Shown here one piece after another: positions 19,124 to 28,967 of a DNA stretch of 64,000 nucleotides. Numbering within the stretch: the stretch's first letter is position 1; each line of letters starts with the position of its first letter. The translations under genes were made by a program, and so were the position numbers. The notes beneath the pieces are model-generated. The model did no database searches. It worked only from the letters and a program-made list of their open reading frames with translations, and was not told the DNA's origin. Source of the stretch: Candidatus Omnitrophota bacterium (GTDB taxonomy: Bacteria; Omnitrophota; Gorgyraeia; Gygaellales; Profunditerraquicolaceae); assembly GCA_050012075.1 (NCBI GenBank), contig JBEKHW010000003.1, forward strand, positions 14,690 through 78,689, given 5' to 3'.

Positions 19124-19723
19124 TTACAGGAAAAGTTCGAATTTCTCCCCCCTGTAATTTAAGATTATTTTTCCGTCCATGATTTTCTCAACCTGTATTT
19201 CTCCGATAAATTGCCCCGCGGTCAGATAGTATGTTTTCTGAGATCTCTTGTCTTCGATAACCGCCTGAGGGTTATCTCCGGAGATGATTCCTACAAGGGC
19301 GATATCCTTGACCATATCCGAAGTAGCCGCATTTATAGGCGAGCCCATCCCCTGCGTGGTTTGCGCCCCGAATATATTACGGTTTTTTAAATCACCGGCA
19401 TAAAATTCATACGGCTTTATTTCCGGCTTATCTGATATTTTGTTTTCGGCAGGGTTTTCTTTTGTGCCCTTGAGCATTTCAATTCTTTTGGAGCCGAAAA
19501 AAGGATAAACCAGTGAAAAGGAAAGATAAATACAGGAAATAATAAAGATCGTCCAGATTGCTTTATCCGTATTGAAATCAGCGGGGAGAAAAAAATTGAA
19601 GCGCGGTTTATTTCTTTCTTTAGATGCCTTGCCTTCTTTATTTAAAAGTGTTTCTTGCGGCTGTTTTTTTGGGCCTCGGATTAGTTTTAATAGTTTTTCT
19701 TCCGGTGCACTGGAGTCTCTCAT
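19124..19723 (-). CDS. PilP/GspC-like secretin-interacting protein
   Basis: 199 aa with an N-terminal TM segment, a C-terminal beta-domain, and a position between exeA and the secretin. The assignment rests on context and architecture only. Confidence 0.4.
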   Translation of the reverse strand: MRDSSAPEEKLLKLIRGPKKQPQETLLNKEGKASKERNKPRFNFFLPADFNTDKAIWTIFIISCIYLSFSLVYPFFGSKRIEMLKGTKENPAENKISDKPEIKPYEFYAGDLKNRNIFGAQTTQGMGSPINAATSDMVKDIALVGIISGDNPQAVIEDKRSQKTYYLTAGQFIGEIQVEKIMDGKIILNYRGEKFELFL

Positions 19724-20538
19724 GCGCCTGTCCTCTCTGAAATCAGCTTCCTGATCATTTCTCCGTCTACTGACGGGGCATCTTTTATCACGGCTGTTTC
19801 AAGCGCATCGTGGCAGAGCATGGATATCCTGCGGGGATAACCTTGAGTTTGCTGGTAAATAAGTTTTATTGCTTCATCGCTAAATAGCGTGGGTGCGCCG
19901 TTATATCCTGCCTGTTTGAGGCGAAACACTATCATTTCCCTGGTTTCTTCCTCATCCAGGGGGTTGATAGTGTATTTTAGGGCAACTCTATCCATAAAAT
20001 TGCGGACCCTGGTTATCCGGGGGAGTAATTCCACCTGCGCCAGAATTATTAGCTGCAGCAGTTTATATTCATTGGTTTCGTAATTCAGGAGCATCCTTAA
20101 GACCTCTAGATTCTCAGGGGTTATTTTTTGTCCCTCATCAATAAGCAGGACAATGGTTTTATTTTCATCTACGCCTTTCTGAAATAAATATTTTTCCAGG
20201 GCTTCCTTGAAATCCAGCGTGGATTTAAAGGGCGGAGTAATGCCAAACATCTTGACCAGGCTAAATAGGAATTGGAATTCCGATTTATATCCGGGGTCCA
20301 GGATCATGTGGAAGATATAATCATTTTCGTCTTTGAACGCCTGTAGAAGCGTGCGGGAAAGCGTGGTTTTTCCTGTTCCAACATCGCCTAGGATGACACA
20401 GAGCCCGCGGCGTAGCCTTACGGCAATCTCAAGCCGTTTTAATGCGGTATTGTGGCTGGTTGAATGATAAAAGAAATCAGGGTCAGGGCTTGTGGAAAAG
20501 GGTTCTTTTTCTAATCCCAGTACTTTAAAGTAGCTCAT
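19720..20538 (-). CDS. ExeA/GspA-like AAA+ ATPase
   Basis: Walker A GDVGTGKTTL and Walker B LLIDEGQ, in the 272 aa ExeA-type AAA module. Confidence 0.75.
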   Translation of the reverse strand: MSYFKVLGLEKEPFSTSPDPDFFYHSTSHNTALKRLEIAVRLRRGLCVILGDVGTGKTTLSRTLLQAFKDENDYIFHMILDPGYKSEFQFLFSLVKMFGITPPFKSTLDFKEALEKYLFQKGVDENKTIVLLIDEGQKITPENLEVLRMLLNYETNEYKLLQLIILAQVELLPRITRVRNFMDRVALKYTINPLDEEETREMIVFRLKQAGYNGAPTLFSDEAIKLIYQQTQGYPRRISMLCHDALETAVIKDAPSVDGEMIRKLISERTGA

Positions 20539-20758
20539 CTTTAATCTGTTTAAGGGATTTCTTCTCTTTTCTTAAGGTATGTATTTTATTTAATCTTTCT
20601 ACTGTAGAATCATCAAAATAACGAAAGCGCGTCTCAGGGCTTCTGCTAATCTCCTTAATAAGGCCTATCTTGAGATAGAATTTTAAGGTATGAATAGAGT
20701 AGCCAGTCGAACGCGCTAAGTCTTTAATTAAAAATATGTTAGGAGTTTTTATGTCCAT
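20525..20758 (-). CDS. MerR-family HTH transcriptional regulator (small)
   Basis: HTH sequence IKDLARSTGYSIHTLKFYLKIGLI. The track start at 20785 is a TTG, and the ATG at 20758 (MDIKTPN) is preferred. Confidence 0.6.
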   Translation of the reverse strand: MDIKTPNIFLIKDLARSTGYSIHTLKFYLKIGLIKEISRSPETRFRYFDDSTVERLNKIHTLRKEKKSLKQIKDELL

Positions 20759-20824
20759 GCTCTCTAAGTAGAGAGTAGACCACAAAATCCGGGTTTTGTC
20801 AAGAAGTTTTTAATGGAATGATTC

Positions 20825-21337
20825 CTAATCCAAAAGGATTTGGGAGATGGAAAATGCGGCTTCCAGGCCTGCGGTTTCCGGCTTACTGCTAAATTGAAGC
20901 CTTTTAATCTGCAGAAGCGCCAGGGAGGTCTCCACATCATAGATGAATTTCATAAAATCCTCTAATGCGCCTTCTGCCCTTAAATCAACGACTACTTCTT
21001 TGCTTCTGGTAGTGGCCTGAGGCCGTATATCAATTATACGAATATTGGCATCTTTGGCTAAGCTATCTAGCTCAGCAAGGGTTAGCGCCAAGGGGTTTTC
21101 CGCTATACCTTCAGGCGCATTTAATCTGCCGGTATATTTATTTTTAATCTGTTCCTTCTGGTTCAATAACCTTAGATATCTCTTTAGTTTACTCCGGGCA
21201 GTATTGATTTCTTTATTAAGCGCGGCATTCCTGCTTAAGAGTGGAGAAATAATAAAATTAAAACATACTGCTATCAGGAATACGGATACCGCCAGATATA
21301 AAATACCCCTCTCTCTTTTGTTCAGTACTTTTATCAT
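20825..21337 (-). CDS. PilO/GspM-like inner-membrane assembly protein
   Basis: 170 aa with a single N-terminal TM, a coiled coil and a C-terminal alpha/beta domain. It overlaps pilMN by 4 nt. Confidence 0.5.
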   Translation of the reverse strand: MIKVLNKRERGILYLAVSVFLIAVCFNFIISPLLSRNAALNKEINTARSKLKRYLRLLNQKEQIKNKYTGRLNAPEGIAENPLALTLAELDSLAKDANIRIIDIRPQATTRSKEVVVDLRAEGALEDFMKFIYDVETSLALLQIKRLQFSSKPETAGLEAAFSISQILLD

Positions 21338-22776
21338 TTTCTTAAGCAGCCTATTTCAAAATCTATGATTTCTCCCGTAGAACTCTTTCTTTTGCTGGCA
21401 TACTTCGGCTTTATATTAAAAGCCTTAAAAACTTTTGATTTTTCCAATTGGTCGACAAACGCAAGGACGCCATCCATTGCGGTTGTTTGGCCGCGCACGG
21501 TAATCGAACTATTCTCTTCGTAAGTGAGGCTGGTGAGGCTTACTTGCGCAGGTACGATCTGATAAAGCTCGTGCAGTATCGTTAAGGTAGAAGGTTTTTG
21601 TAAACGGCCCTGTAAGAACCTGGATCTTTTTTCTAATAGCGCAAGCGGCTGGGCTTCTTTTTCAATCTTGACTAACTCCCGATTCAGCCGCTTAAGATAA
21701 TCGGCTTTATTGCTCATACTCTTGGCCAATCCTAAGGCCGAAATTAAGATTATCCCGCATAATAGCATTAGCCTCTCTAGCCGCTTCTTGAGCAAAAGCT
21801 TTTTCTTGGCCTCTTCTTTTTTATCTTGAGGCAGGAAATCAAGTGAAAGAGGAACTTCTTTTAAGGCAAGGCCTATAAGGGCGGCGAAAGATTTTTCCGT
21901 GCCGGAAAGTTTTTCTACGAAATCTTTTTGGGCATTTATTTTAGCCGCGTAAGGCAGGTGGGTAACAGCTAAATTAAGCTCTGGTTTCAACCGGTCAGCT
22001 AACGTAGGGGCATTAGCCGGAGAACCTAGAACAATGATCTTTGCCGGAGGCAGGGTAGATACCTCCTTTAAATACGCCTCTTTAGTTTTATTTATTTCTT
22101 CTGCCAAAAAGCGGCAAGGATCTTCATTTTGAGGAATCCTGACGTATCTGCTTAAGAGTAGTTTCTGCGAGCCGATAACGGCTATTTCTGCCTGAAAAGA
22201 GTCGGAATCGATAAGGATAACCGGTTGCTCTTCTCTTGCCGCGCAGAAATTATATAAATTGCGGATTCCGTAAGAACCTAGGGTAATAGAGAAATTGCTG
22301 ATTTTTAACTTCTGGAAATTATTTACAAGACGGTTGATTACGTCTTTATGCATGATATTCAAGGTGATGTTGGTATATCCCTGTTTATCCGTAGACACAA
22401 CCTGATAGCCGGTAACGAGCTCATCCATCGAATATGGCAGGTATTTCGGGGACTGGAACGTCGCGATCCTTTCTATCTCTTCGGGTTTTTGCGAAGGCAC
22501 TTTTATGTATCTGGAAGTGACATTCTGGCGGGATAAAGAAACAATCAAGCGGTCATTATTGTATCCTAAGGTTTTTAGGATCTGATTCAAGCGGCCAAAA
22601 AGATTCTCTTCATTCGTATCCGCAGGAAGCTCTTCGTAGGCCAGGGCAATAAACTCTCTTCCTATGCCGCTATGTAGGCATTTAATGACCTTTATGGAAT
22701 TCTGGTTAAATTGGCAGACGAAAAGCGATTTTTTCTTAAAGGAGAATAACTTGTTAAGGATATTTTTCATTCTCAA
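21334..22776 (-). CDS. PilM-PilN fusion (actin-like ATPase domain plus PilN TM/periplasmic domain)
   Basis: 480 aa. The N-terminal roughly 330 aa are PilM-like. The C-terminal part has a TM helix (LMLLCGIILISALGL) and a PilN-like fimbrial assembly domain. Confidence 0.65.
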   Translation of the reverse strand: MRMKNILNKLFSFKKKSLFVCQFNQNSIKVIKCLHSGIGREFIALAYEELPADTNEENLFGRLNQILKTLGYNNDRLIVSLSRQNVTSRYIKVPSQKPEEIERIATFQSPKYLPYSMDELVTGYQVVSTDKQGYTNITLNIMHKDVINRLVNNFQKLKISNFSITLGSYGIRNLYNFCAAREEQPVILIDSDSFQAEIAVIGSQKLLLSRYVRIPQNEDPCRFLAEEINKTKEAYLKEVSTLPPAKIIVLGSPANAPTLADRLKPELNLAVTHLPYAAKINAQKDFVEKLSGTEKSFAALIGLALKEVPLSLDFLPQDKKEEAKKKLLLKKRLERLMLLCGIILISALGLAKSMSNKADYLKRLNRELVKIEKEAQPLALLEKRSRFLQGRLQKPSTLTILHELYQIVPAQVSLTSLTYEENSSITVRGQTTAMDGVLAFVDQLEKSKVFKAFNIKPKYASKRKSSTGEIIDFEIGCLRK

Positions 22777-22836
22777 TGCGTTCCATAAGTTTAGGCTTCA
22801 TTTTATACTATAACTTCTGTTTATCCAATTGCAAGA

Positions 22837-23775
22837 TTAATTTTGGTGCCAGTAAACTATATTCTTGGCGGTGCGGTCGTAAACCACGGAGATTCTTTTA
22901 GTCGTATTCCTGAATCCTCCCTTTGCCTCTATCCTTAGGTTACTAGGTATAGCGGTGAAATAGGGAACAGAACGGTCAATTATTTTAGTCTGGTCGTTAA
23001 TCTGCCCTGCTAATCCAAGCGCTTTTTTAATAGCTTCCTGATTTATATCTGTGCTGGAAAATGGCTCGATACCTGCTTTCTGTGCGCCCTGCCTGTAGCC
23101 ATCTATGGCGGACAATAAATTAGGAATAGCGCCTTCTATGGTTTTATCAGCTTCCCCGCTATCAATCATTTCTTTGGTAGTGGTCCCGAAGATAACCTCC
23201 AATACCCGTAACGGCGCAGTGTTTAAATCTATCTTGTTATCACCGTAGGTAGTAATAAAATCCTTAACTTTGGCGAAAGCTTCCTGCGCCTTGTTACGGT
23301 AATCAAATATTCCTTTCGACTGATAGAAATATTCCAGGATCAGTAACAATTCTTCAGGCTTCTTCAACGGTTCTTTTTTAGCGAGTTCTATTGTCGTAAC
23401 GGGATTCATCCAATCTATTATGACATTGGTTAATTCTGCGGCATCCTCTACTTGCGCAAGGATAAGCAGTATGGACAATTTATCACGGTCAAAATCAGAG
23501 TGGCCGTTGATATTTAGCTTTCCCTCTTCATTGCTTAGCGCGCATTCAAAATATCCGCCGTCATCCCAGTTTTTCTTTAATGGGTTATCGGGTTTGGCCG
23601 AAATAATCGCCTGGTTTATTCCTGCCTTTGCCAGATAATAGGCCTTTAAGCTGTCTCTCTGGTATCTGGCCAGGGTAAGGTTTACAGAGGCCCGGTAACC
23701 TAATCCCACGACGAATACGGCCAGGATCGCCAGTATCCAGAGGGTAATCATGAGAATCGAGCCTTTTTTATTCAT
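22837..23775 (-). CDS. Type II secretion minor pseudopilin GspK-like
   Basis: 312 aa with an N-terminal hydrophobic helix MITLWILAILAVF typical of GspK, and the expected size. Confidence 0.6.
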   Translation of the reverse strand: MNKKGSILMITLWILAILAVFVVGLGYRASVNLTLARYQRDSLKAYYLAKAGINQAIISAKPDNPLKKNWDDGGYFECALSNEEGKLNINGHSDFDRDKLSILLILAQVEDAAELTNVIIDWMNPVTTIELAKKEPLKKPEELLLILEYFYQSKGIFDYRNKAQEAFAKVKDFITTYGDNKIDLNTAPLRVLEVIFGTTTKEMIDSGEADKTIEGAIPNLLSAIDGYRQGAQKAGIEPFSSTDINQEAIKKALGLAGQINDQTKIIDRSVPYFTAIPSNLRIEAKGGFRNTTKRISVVYDRTAKNIVYWHQN

Positions 23776-23780
23776 AGCAG

Positions 23781-24392
23781 TTATTTTATTTCAAGCGGCA
23801 CAGTCTTGTTAAACTCTACTAAATCTCCTCGTTTCTCTCCTTGCTGCAGGGTTAAGGTTATTTTAACGGCGATAGGCACGAGATTAAGCTGGCTTTCTTC
23901 GGGCCAGCTCTCCTGCCATTCATAAGGGCTAGAAGGGTTTCTCGTGGCATAGGCATAACGGAAAGAAAGTGCTTTTACATTGCCGCATATTTCATCCGGC
24001 AGTTGCGTAAGTGCCTCTACTTTTTTTAAAGAATCAATTCCTTTATAGCAGTAACGCCTTAAAATCCCGTCTACAAGTTCATACTTTATACGGCAGATAT
24101 CCGGGTTTAATTTACCGTTGGCGTATGTATCAAGTAAACTGATAAAATCCATGGAGCCGGCTGTCCCCTTAAAATGGGAATCATTCTGGGTATATTGAAA
24201 GGAATTTTTTAGATCCAATTCTATTCTGTTAAAGGCAATCCTTGCGTTTGTGGATACCTCAAATACGGAATCAGCCCTCTTATAGCTTGAAATCCCCGTC
24301 TGGAACGCCGAATACAAACTTAAAATAATAATAGTGGCGATTGACGATGCTATAAGAAGCTCAACAAGCGTAAACCCCTGTTTATTTCTCAT
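23781..24392 (-). CDS. Minor pseudopilin GspJ-like (prepilin-type N-terminal methylation domain)
   Basis: GFTLVELLIASSIATII prepilin motif. Confidence 0.55.
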   Translation of the reverse strand: MRNKQGFTLVELLIASSIATIIILSLYSAFQTGISSYKRADSVFEVSTNARIAFNRIELDLKNSFQYTQNDSHFKGTAGSMDFISLLDTYANGKLNPDICRIKYELVDGILRRYCYKGIDSLKKVEALTQLPDEICGNVKALSFRYAYATRNPSSPYEWQESWPEESQLNLVPIAVKITLTLQQGEKRGDLVEFNKTVPLEIK

Positions 24393-24754
24393 TTATTTAT
24401 AAGATAGGTTAAAAAATCCAGGGAATACTCCTCCTGCCTTTTTTGGGGCCATGAGACAGAGAAATGGAGTTCCTTGAGGTCAGGGATATCTGCTTCGGTT
24501 AAATCAGTTATATTGTAATTCCATTTAAATACGCCCTGCTGGCTGGTTACGTTTGGAAAACCTTTTTCTATCTCCCAGATTTTTTCTTCAGCTATATAAC
24601 AGGCGCGGCCTATATTTTGGGCAAATACCGCGGCAGATAGTGATGCGGTAAAGGAACGGAAGATAAAGACGATTGCCGTGCTCAAAATTGCCAGGGCAAT
24701 CAATACCTCCAGTAACGAAAACCCTCTATTCTTTTTTAATAGCAATTGTCGCAC
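24389..24754 (-). CDS. Minor pseudopilin GspI-like
   Basis: GFSLLEVLIALAIL prepilin motif, 121 aa. Confidence 0.55.
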   Translation of the reverse strand: MRQLLLKKNRGFSLLEVLIALAILSTAIVFIFRSFTASLSAAVFAQNIGRACYIAEEKIWEIEKGFPNVTSQQGVFKWNYNITDLTEADIPDLKELHFSVSWPQKRQEEYSLDFLTYLINK

Positions 24755-25205
24755 CTTTGATTGAGAGGCAAAATTTTTGCTGGTTACTGTTTTGGAAACA
24801 TATTATAGCATTATCCGCGCTTGAGTCAGGATAAAAATAAACTCCCTGTGTTTCTTCGGGCGTAATTGAAGAAATGCTGATGCCGCGGGGGGTTTCGTAT
24901 ACGCCTGAAAATCTTCCCTTTATTTTTTCTAACGTGCTCTCTTGCGTTACGTAATATGCCTGGAATTGCGCTTTCTCCTCATCGCGGTTTAACCCAAGGT
25001 AGAAAATTTTCTCTTGTGAGATGGCGCTTGACTGCAGGTAGCGTGATAAGTAATAGATTTCTTTAGTGAAATTCTCCAGCTCAAGGCTTGAGAATGTATT
25101 GCGGAATCTTGGAATTGATACCGTAGAGAGGACCCCTATAATAACTATTACGATAAGCAGTTCTATAAAGGTAATTCCGCGCCGCCATTTAATTGCAGAT
25201 GTCAT
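24726..25205 (-). CDS. Minor pseudopilin GspH-like
   Basis: GITFIELLIVIVIIGVL prepilin motif. Confidence 0.55.
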   Translation of the reverse strand: MTSAIKWRRGITFIELLIVIVIIGVLSTVSIPRFRNTFSSLELENFTKEIYYLSRYLQSSAISQEKIFYLGLNRDEEKAQFQAYYVTQESTLEKIKGRFSGVYETPRGISISSITPEETQGVYFYPDSSADNAIICFQNSNQQKFCLSIKGATIAIKKE

Positions 25206-25602
25206 CTTCGGCTTTGGTTTCGTCAGGTCCCTTGGAGCAAAGTTTATAATCCTTATCAGCGCTGCTGATCAGCTCATATTCATAATCCCTTCCCCAGGGG
25301 TCTTTGGGTTCTTTTTTCAGGTAAGGGCCTTTCCATCCGGCTACTCCGGGGTTTGTCCTTAACTCCTGTAAACTGTTAGGGAAATGCCCTGTATCCATTT
25401 CAAACATATCCAGGCCCAGGGCGATACTACCCTGTATATCAGATTTTGCCGCGGTAACACGCGCCTGCTCCGAGCGGCCGACAAGCCGCGGCATAACCAT
25501 TGCCGCAAGTATGCCTATGATGATTACGACGAGCATAAGTTCAATCAAGGTAAATCCGTTCGCGTTGTGGGTTGTGGGTTGTGGGTTGTGCGTTTTATTC
25601 AT
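25189..25602 (-). CDS. gspG: Type II secretion major pseudopilin GspG
   Basis: G|FTLIELMLVVIIIGILAAMVMPRL followed by the GspG-specific SDIQGSIALGLDMFEMDTGHFP. The leader (MNKTHNPQPTTHNANG) is unusually long. Confidence 0.8.
   Translation of the reverse strand: MNKTHNPQPTTHNANGFTLIELMLVVIIIGILAAMVMPRLVGRSEQARVTAAKSDIQGSIALGLDMFEMDTGHFPNSLQELRTNPGVAGWKGPYLKKEPKDPWGRDYEYELISSADKDYKLCSKGPDETKAEDDICN
25564..25591 (-). repeat. Heptanucleotide tandem repeat (GTTGTGG on plus, CCACAAC on minus), about 4 copies inside the gspG leader-peptide codons
   Basis: gttgtgg gttgtgg gttgtgg gttgtgc read directly from the sequence. It encodes HNPQPTTHNA. Confidence 0.8.
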
Positions 25603-25966
25603 TAGGGCCTCCTTCTACTGCTTGGATAAATTTATTAAGCTTTCTGCCTAGTTTATCATACTCTTCTAAGAAATACGCGTATTGTTCTTTATCCTGCATA
25701 GATTTCGTTCCAAATAATAACTGTAAATGTTCAATAGTTTCATTACATGAAGAATGTGCGAATATTAAGAATCTTGCATATTCTTGAGGATACTTCTTGC
25801 GCCCAAAACCCTCTACGATATTAGCTGAGATTGCCTTGGCTGATCTGCGTATCTGTGAACCTTCTTCATACATTTCTAATTGAGGCAACTTTAATGTCAT
25901 GCTATGTATCTCAACAGCTAGCTTGTGCGCAAGTTGGTATATTTCTAAATCGCTATAATTCTGCAT
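25595..25966 (-). CDS. Four-helix-bundle protein (TIGR02436 / 23S rRNA-intervening-sequence protein family)
   Basis: About 123 aa (MQNYSDLEIYQLAHKLAVEIH...SAKAISANIVEGFGR...ETIEHLQ). It sits between gspF and gspG. The ATG at 25966 is preferred over the track start. Confidence 0.7.
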   Translation of the reverse strand: MQNYSDLEIYQLAHKLAVEIHSMTLKLPQLEMYEEGSQIRRSAKAISANIVEGFGRKKYPQEYARFLIFAHSSCNETIEHLQLLFGTKSMQDKEQYAYFLEEYDKLGRKLNKFIQAVEGGPNE

Positions 25967-26017
25967 ATATATTTTTTCTACGCCTAACGCATGACGCATA
26001 ACGCCTAACGCACAACG

Positions 26018-27226
26018 CTATTTTACGATTAAGTTGATTTGGAAAATGGGCAGTAACATCGACAGGACAATAAACCCGACGACAATCCCCATTACCAGGA
26101 TTATCACCGGCTCAAGCAGCCGTGTCAGCGCCTTAATAGTCCTTTGGGTATCCTTTTCGTATTCATTGGCAATGCGTAAAAGCGATTTATCCAGAGAGCC
26201 GGTTTCTTCTCCGATCGCGGTTATATTAGTCACAAATTCCGGGAAAAGCCCGGAGTCCCTAAAACAGGTATACAGAGTTGCTCCGTCGGCAATCTTACTT
26301 TTGATTTTTTTCATTTCCTCTTTTAAAACCTGGTTATCCAATACCGTAGCTGATATATCAAGCGCGGAGGTAATCGGGATTCCGCTGCCAAGCAATAAAG
26401 AAAGCGTGCGGCTCAAGCGTCCTATTTCGGTCTTTAAAATAATCGGGCCAAAGAGCGTCATTTTCAGCTTGAACCTGTCTACGGATAACCTTCCCTGCGG
26501 GCTGCGGTATAGCCGCTGGTATACGAAAATCAATAGTGAAACCATGATGATGATAAGCCACCAGTAACCGCGTATAAAAGCCGAAGTAGAAATCAGGAGT
26601 TGCGTGGGTAAAGGCAGGGCTTGTCCCATATCTTCAAACATACTTACGAGGCGTGGTATGACGAATACCAGTAACACTATTACGGTAGCGATACCTACGC
26701 AAAGGACAAAAAGCGGGTAAGTTAAACTCGCACGCAGGGAATTCCTGAATTCGTCCTGCTCCTCCAGGAAATCGGAAAGCTCCTTAAGGGCGCTGTTTAA
26801 TTTACCGCTGGACTCTCCCGTGTGCAGTATAGAAGTATATAAATCAGAGAAAGTATTTCTATGAGTGGATAAACTTTCTGAAAGCGAGCTGCCGTTCCTG
26901 ATTTTGTCAATGACGTCTTTGAGTAATTCTTTTAAATACCTGTTATCGGTTTGTTTGGTGAGGATATTAAGGGCGTTGACTATGTTTATCCCTGAATCTA
27001 TCAGACTTGAAAGCTGCCGGGTAAAAAGCACAAGGTCCTTGCTTGAAACTTTTTTGAAGCCAAATGTTTTTTTGGATGCCAGGGCAAGGGTTGTGGGAGT
27101 TACCGAGACAGGAAAAAGCTGCATCCCGGACAATTTATGAATGGCGTCCTGTTCTGATTCTGCTTCTATCTCTCCTTGGATAATTTTATTCGGCGCGGAT
27201 TTTGCGGTATAGGTATATGTGGGCAT
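26018..27226 (-). CDS. gspF: Type II secretion / T4P inner-membrane platform protein GspF/PilC
   Basis: 402 aa with two T2SSF repeats and three TM helices. Confidence 0.85.
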   Translation of the reverse strand: MPTYTYTAKSAPNKIIQGEIEAESEQDAIHKLSGMQLFPVSVTPTTLALASKKTFGFKKVSSKDLVLFTRQLSSLIDSGINIVNALNILTKQTDNRYLKELLKDVIDKIRNGSSLSESLSTHRNTFSDLYTSILHTGESSGKLNSALKELSDFLEEQDEFRNSLRASLTYPLFVLCVGIATVIVLLVFVIPRLVSMFEDMGQALPLPTQLLISTSAFIRGYWWLIIIMVSLLIFVYQRLYRSPQGRLSVDRFKLKMTLFGPIILKTEIGRLSRTLSLLLGSGIPITSALDISATVLDNQVLKEEMKKIKSKIADGATLYTCFRDSGLFPEFVTNITAIGEETGSLDKSLLRIANEYEKDTQRTIKALTRLLEPVIILVMGIVVGFIVLSMLLPIFQINLIVK

Positions 27227-27228
27227 GC

Positions 27229-28947
27229 TTATTCAGGAAGTTCTTCCTGTTGCGTGACGCGGATTACCTCGGTAAGCGTAGTCAGCCCCTTGGCGACCTT
27301 CTGCAGGCCGTCGTGGCGCAATGTGCGCATACCTTGGGATATGGCTTTCTGTTTTATCTGCTGGCTGGAGGCATGGGTTAAAATCAATTCGCGGATCGGC
27401 TCGGTAATGGTAATGATTTCATAAATGCCTGTCCTGCCGCGATAGCCCGTAAACCTGCATTCCTCGCAACCTTTGCCTTCATAAAATTCTATTTTGTGCG
27501 CGTCAAAAGACAACTCTTTGATCTGCGCCAGTATTTCTTCGCTGGGTTTTACAGGGGTTTTGCAATGCTGGCAGATAAGCCGCACCAGCCGCTGGGCAAT
27601 AAGGCATTCTAAAGATGAGGATACAAGGAACGGCTCAATCCCCATATCCAGTAACCTGGTTACTGCTCCTGCCGCGTCATTGGTATGTAGTGTCGAGAAA
27701 ACCAGGTGGCCGGTAAGAGCAGACCTTATGGCAATCTCGGCGGTTTCGTAATCCCTTACCTCTCCTACCATCATTATGTCAGGGTCATGCCTTAACATGT
27801 GGCGCAGCGCCACCGCAAAAGTGAATCCGATTTGCGGATTTACCTGAATTTGGTTAACGCCCCGCAACTGATATTCAATAGGGTCTTCTATGGTGATGAT
27901 TTTTACTGCCGCGGAATTTAGCTGCGCCAGGGACGCATACAGCGTCGTGGATTTTCCTGAGCCAGTCGGCCCGGTGACAAAGATTATTCCGTGCGGTTTC
28001 TTGATTACTTCTCTTATTATCTTAAGGTCCTCGGGAAACAGGCCCAATTTTTCAAGCTCGAGGAAGAAACGTGAACCAAGGATTCTGATATGCACTGCCT
28101 CTCCGAAAGCAGTAGGAAGTGTAGAGACACGTAAATCAACCTCTTCGTCATTGACCCTTATTTTTATCCTTCCATCCTGCGGCATCCTGCGTTCAGCTAT
28201 ATTAAGCTTAGCCATGATTTTTACGCGCGAGACGATTGCCGGGTGGAAATATTTTATGGTCTCTGGTATGTTTATATCATAAAGCACGCCGTCAATCCTG
28301 AACCTGCTGCGTAATTCATTCTGAAATGGCTCAAGGTGAATGTCGGTTGCCCTGTCTTTGATTGCCTCTGATAGCACCTGGTTTACAAACTTGATAATCG
28401 AGGCGTCTTCCGCAAGGGCCTCCAGGTTTAAGTTCTCGGCGGTGTCCGTTGACATCTTTAACTCTTCTGTAGGCGGCTTCTGCGCAATCATCTTCTCCAG
28501 GGTCTCGGCACCTACGCCGTAATATTTACGTATTGCCTCGAGGATTTCTATTTCACTTGCCAGGACACCCTTTATCTCAAACCCTAAGAGCAGGCGGATA
28601 TCATCAAGGGTCCGTATATCCAGGGGGTTTGTCATGACAATAGTCAGGACATTATCCTCAAATTTTAAAGGTATTATTTTATAGTGGCTGGCGAATTTCG
28701 CGGGAACCTTCTGGATAACCAGCGGCTCAATATCCTTATCCGCAAGCTTTACGTAAGGGATATTTAAGTGGCGGGAAAGCAGGTTAAATATCTTTTCTTC
28801 CGAGGCAAATCCGAGCTTGACTAAGGTGGTACAGATGAATTCCCCTGTTTTACGCTGCTCTATGAGCCCTACTTCAAGCTGCTCCGGGGTAATTACCCCC
28901 TCTTCTACCAGGAATTCTCCTATAAGTATATCGTCTCTTTCCGGCAT
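27229..28947 (-). CDS. gspE: Type II secretion ATPase GspE
   Basis: 572 aa with a T2SSE N-terminal domain, Walker A GPTGSGKST, Asp box, Walker B, His box, and a tetracysteine CQHC...CEEC. Confidence 0.85.
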   Translation of the reverse strand: MPERDDILIGEFLVEEGVITPEQLEVGLIEQRKTGEFICTTLVKLGFASEEKIFNLLSRHLNIPYVKLADKDIEPLVIQKVPAKFASHYKIIPLKFEDNVLTIVMTNPLDIRTLDDIRLLLGFEIKGVLASEIEILEAIRKYYGVGAETLEKMIAQKPPTEELKMSTDTAENLNLEALAEDASIIKFVNQVLSEAIKDRATDIHLEPFQNELRSRFRIDGVLYDINIPETIKYFHPAIVSRVKIMAKLNIAERRMPQDGRIKIRVNDEEVDLRVSTLPTAFGEAVHIRILGSRFFLELEKLGLFPEDLKIIREVIKKPHGIIFVTGPTGSGKSTTLYASLAQLNSAAVKIITIEDPIEYQLRGVNQIQVNPQIGFTFAVALRHMLRHDPDIMMVGEVRDYETAEIAIRSALTGHLVFSTLHTNDAAGAVTRLLDMGIEPFLVSSSLECLIAQRLVRLICQHCKTPVKPSEEILAQIKELSFDAHKIEFYEGKGCEECRFTGYRGRTGIYEIITITEPIRELILTHASSQQIKQKAISQGMRTLRHDGLQKVAKGLTTLTEVIRVTQQEELPE

Positions 28948-28967
28948 AAAAACTCCTTGAATGAAAT

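Noticed and set aside
25960-26017. Possible CRISPR-like short repeats (ACGC-rich units)
   Set aside because: There are only 2 copies of a 12 nt unit with irregular spacing and no cas genes, so this is not a CRISPR array.
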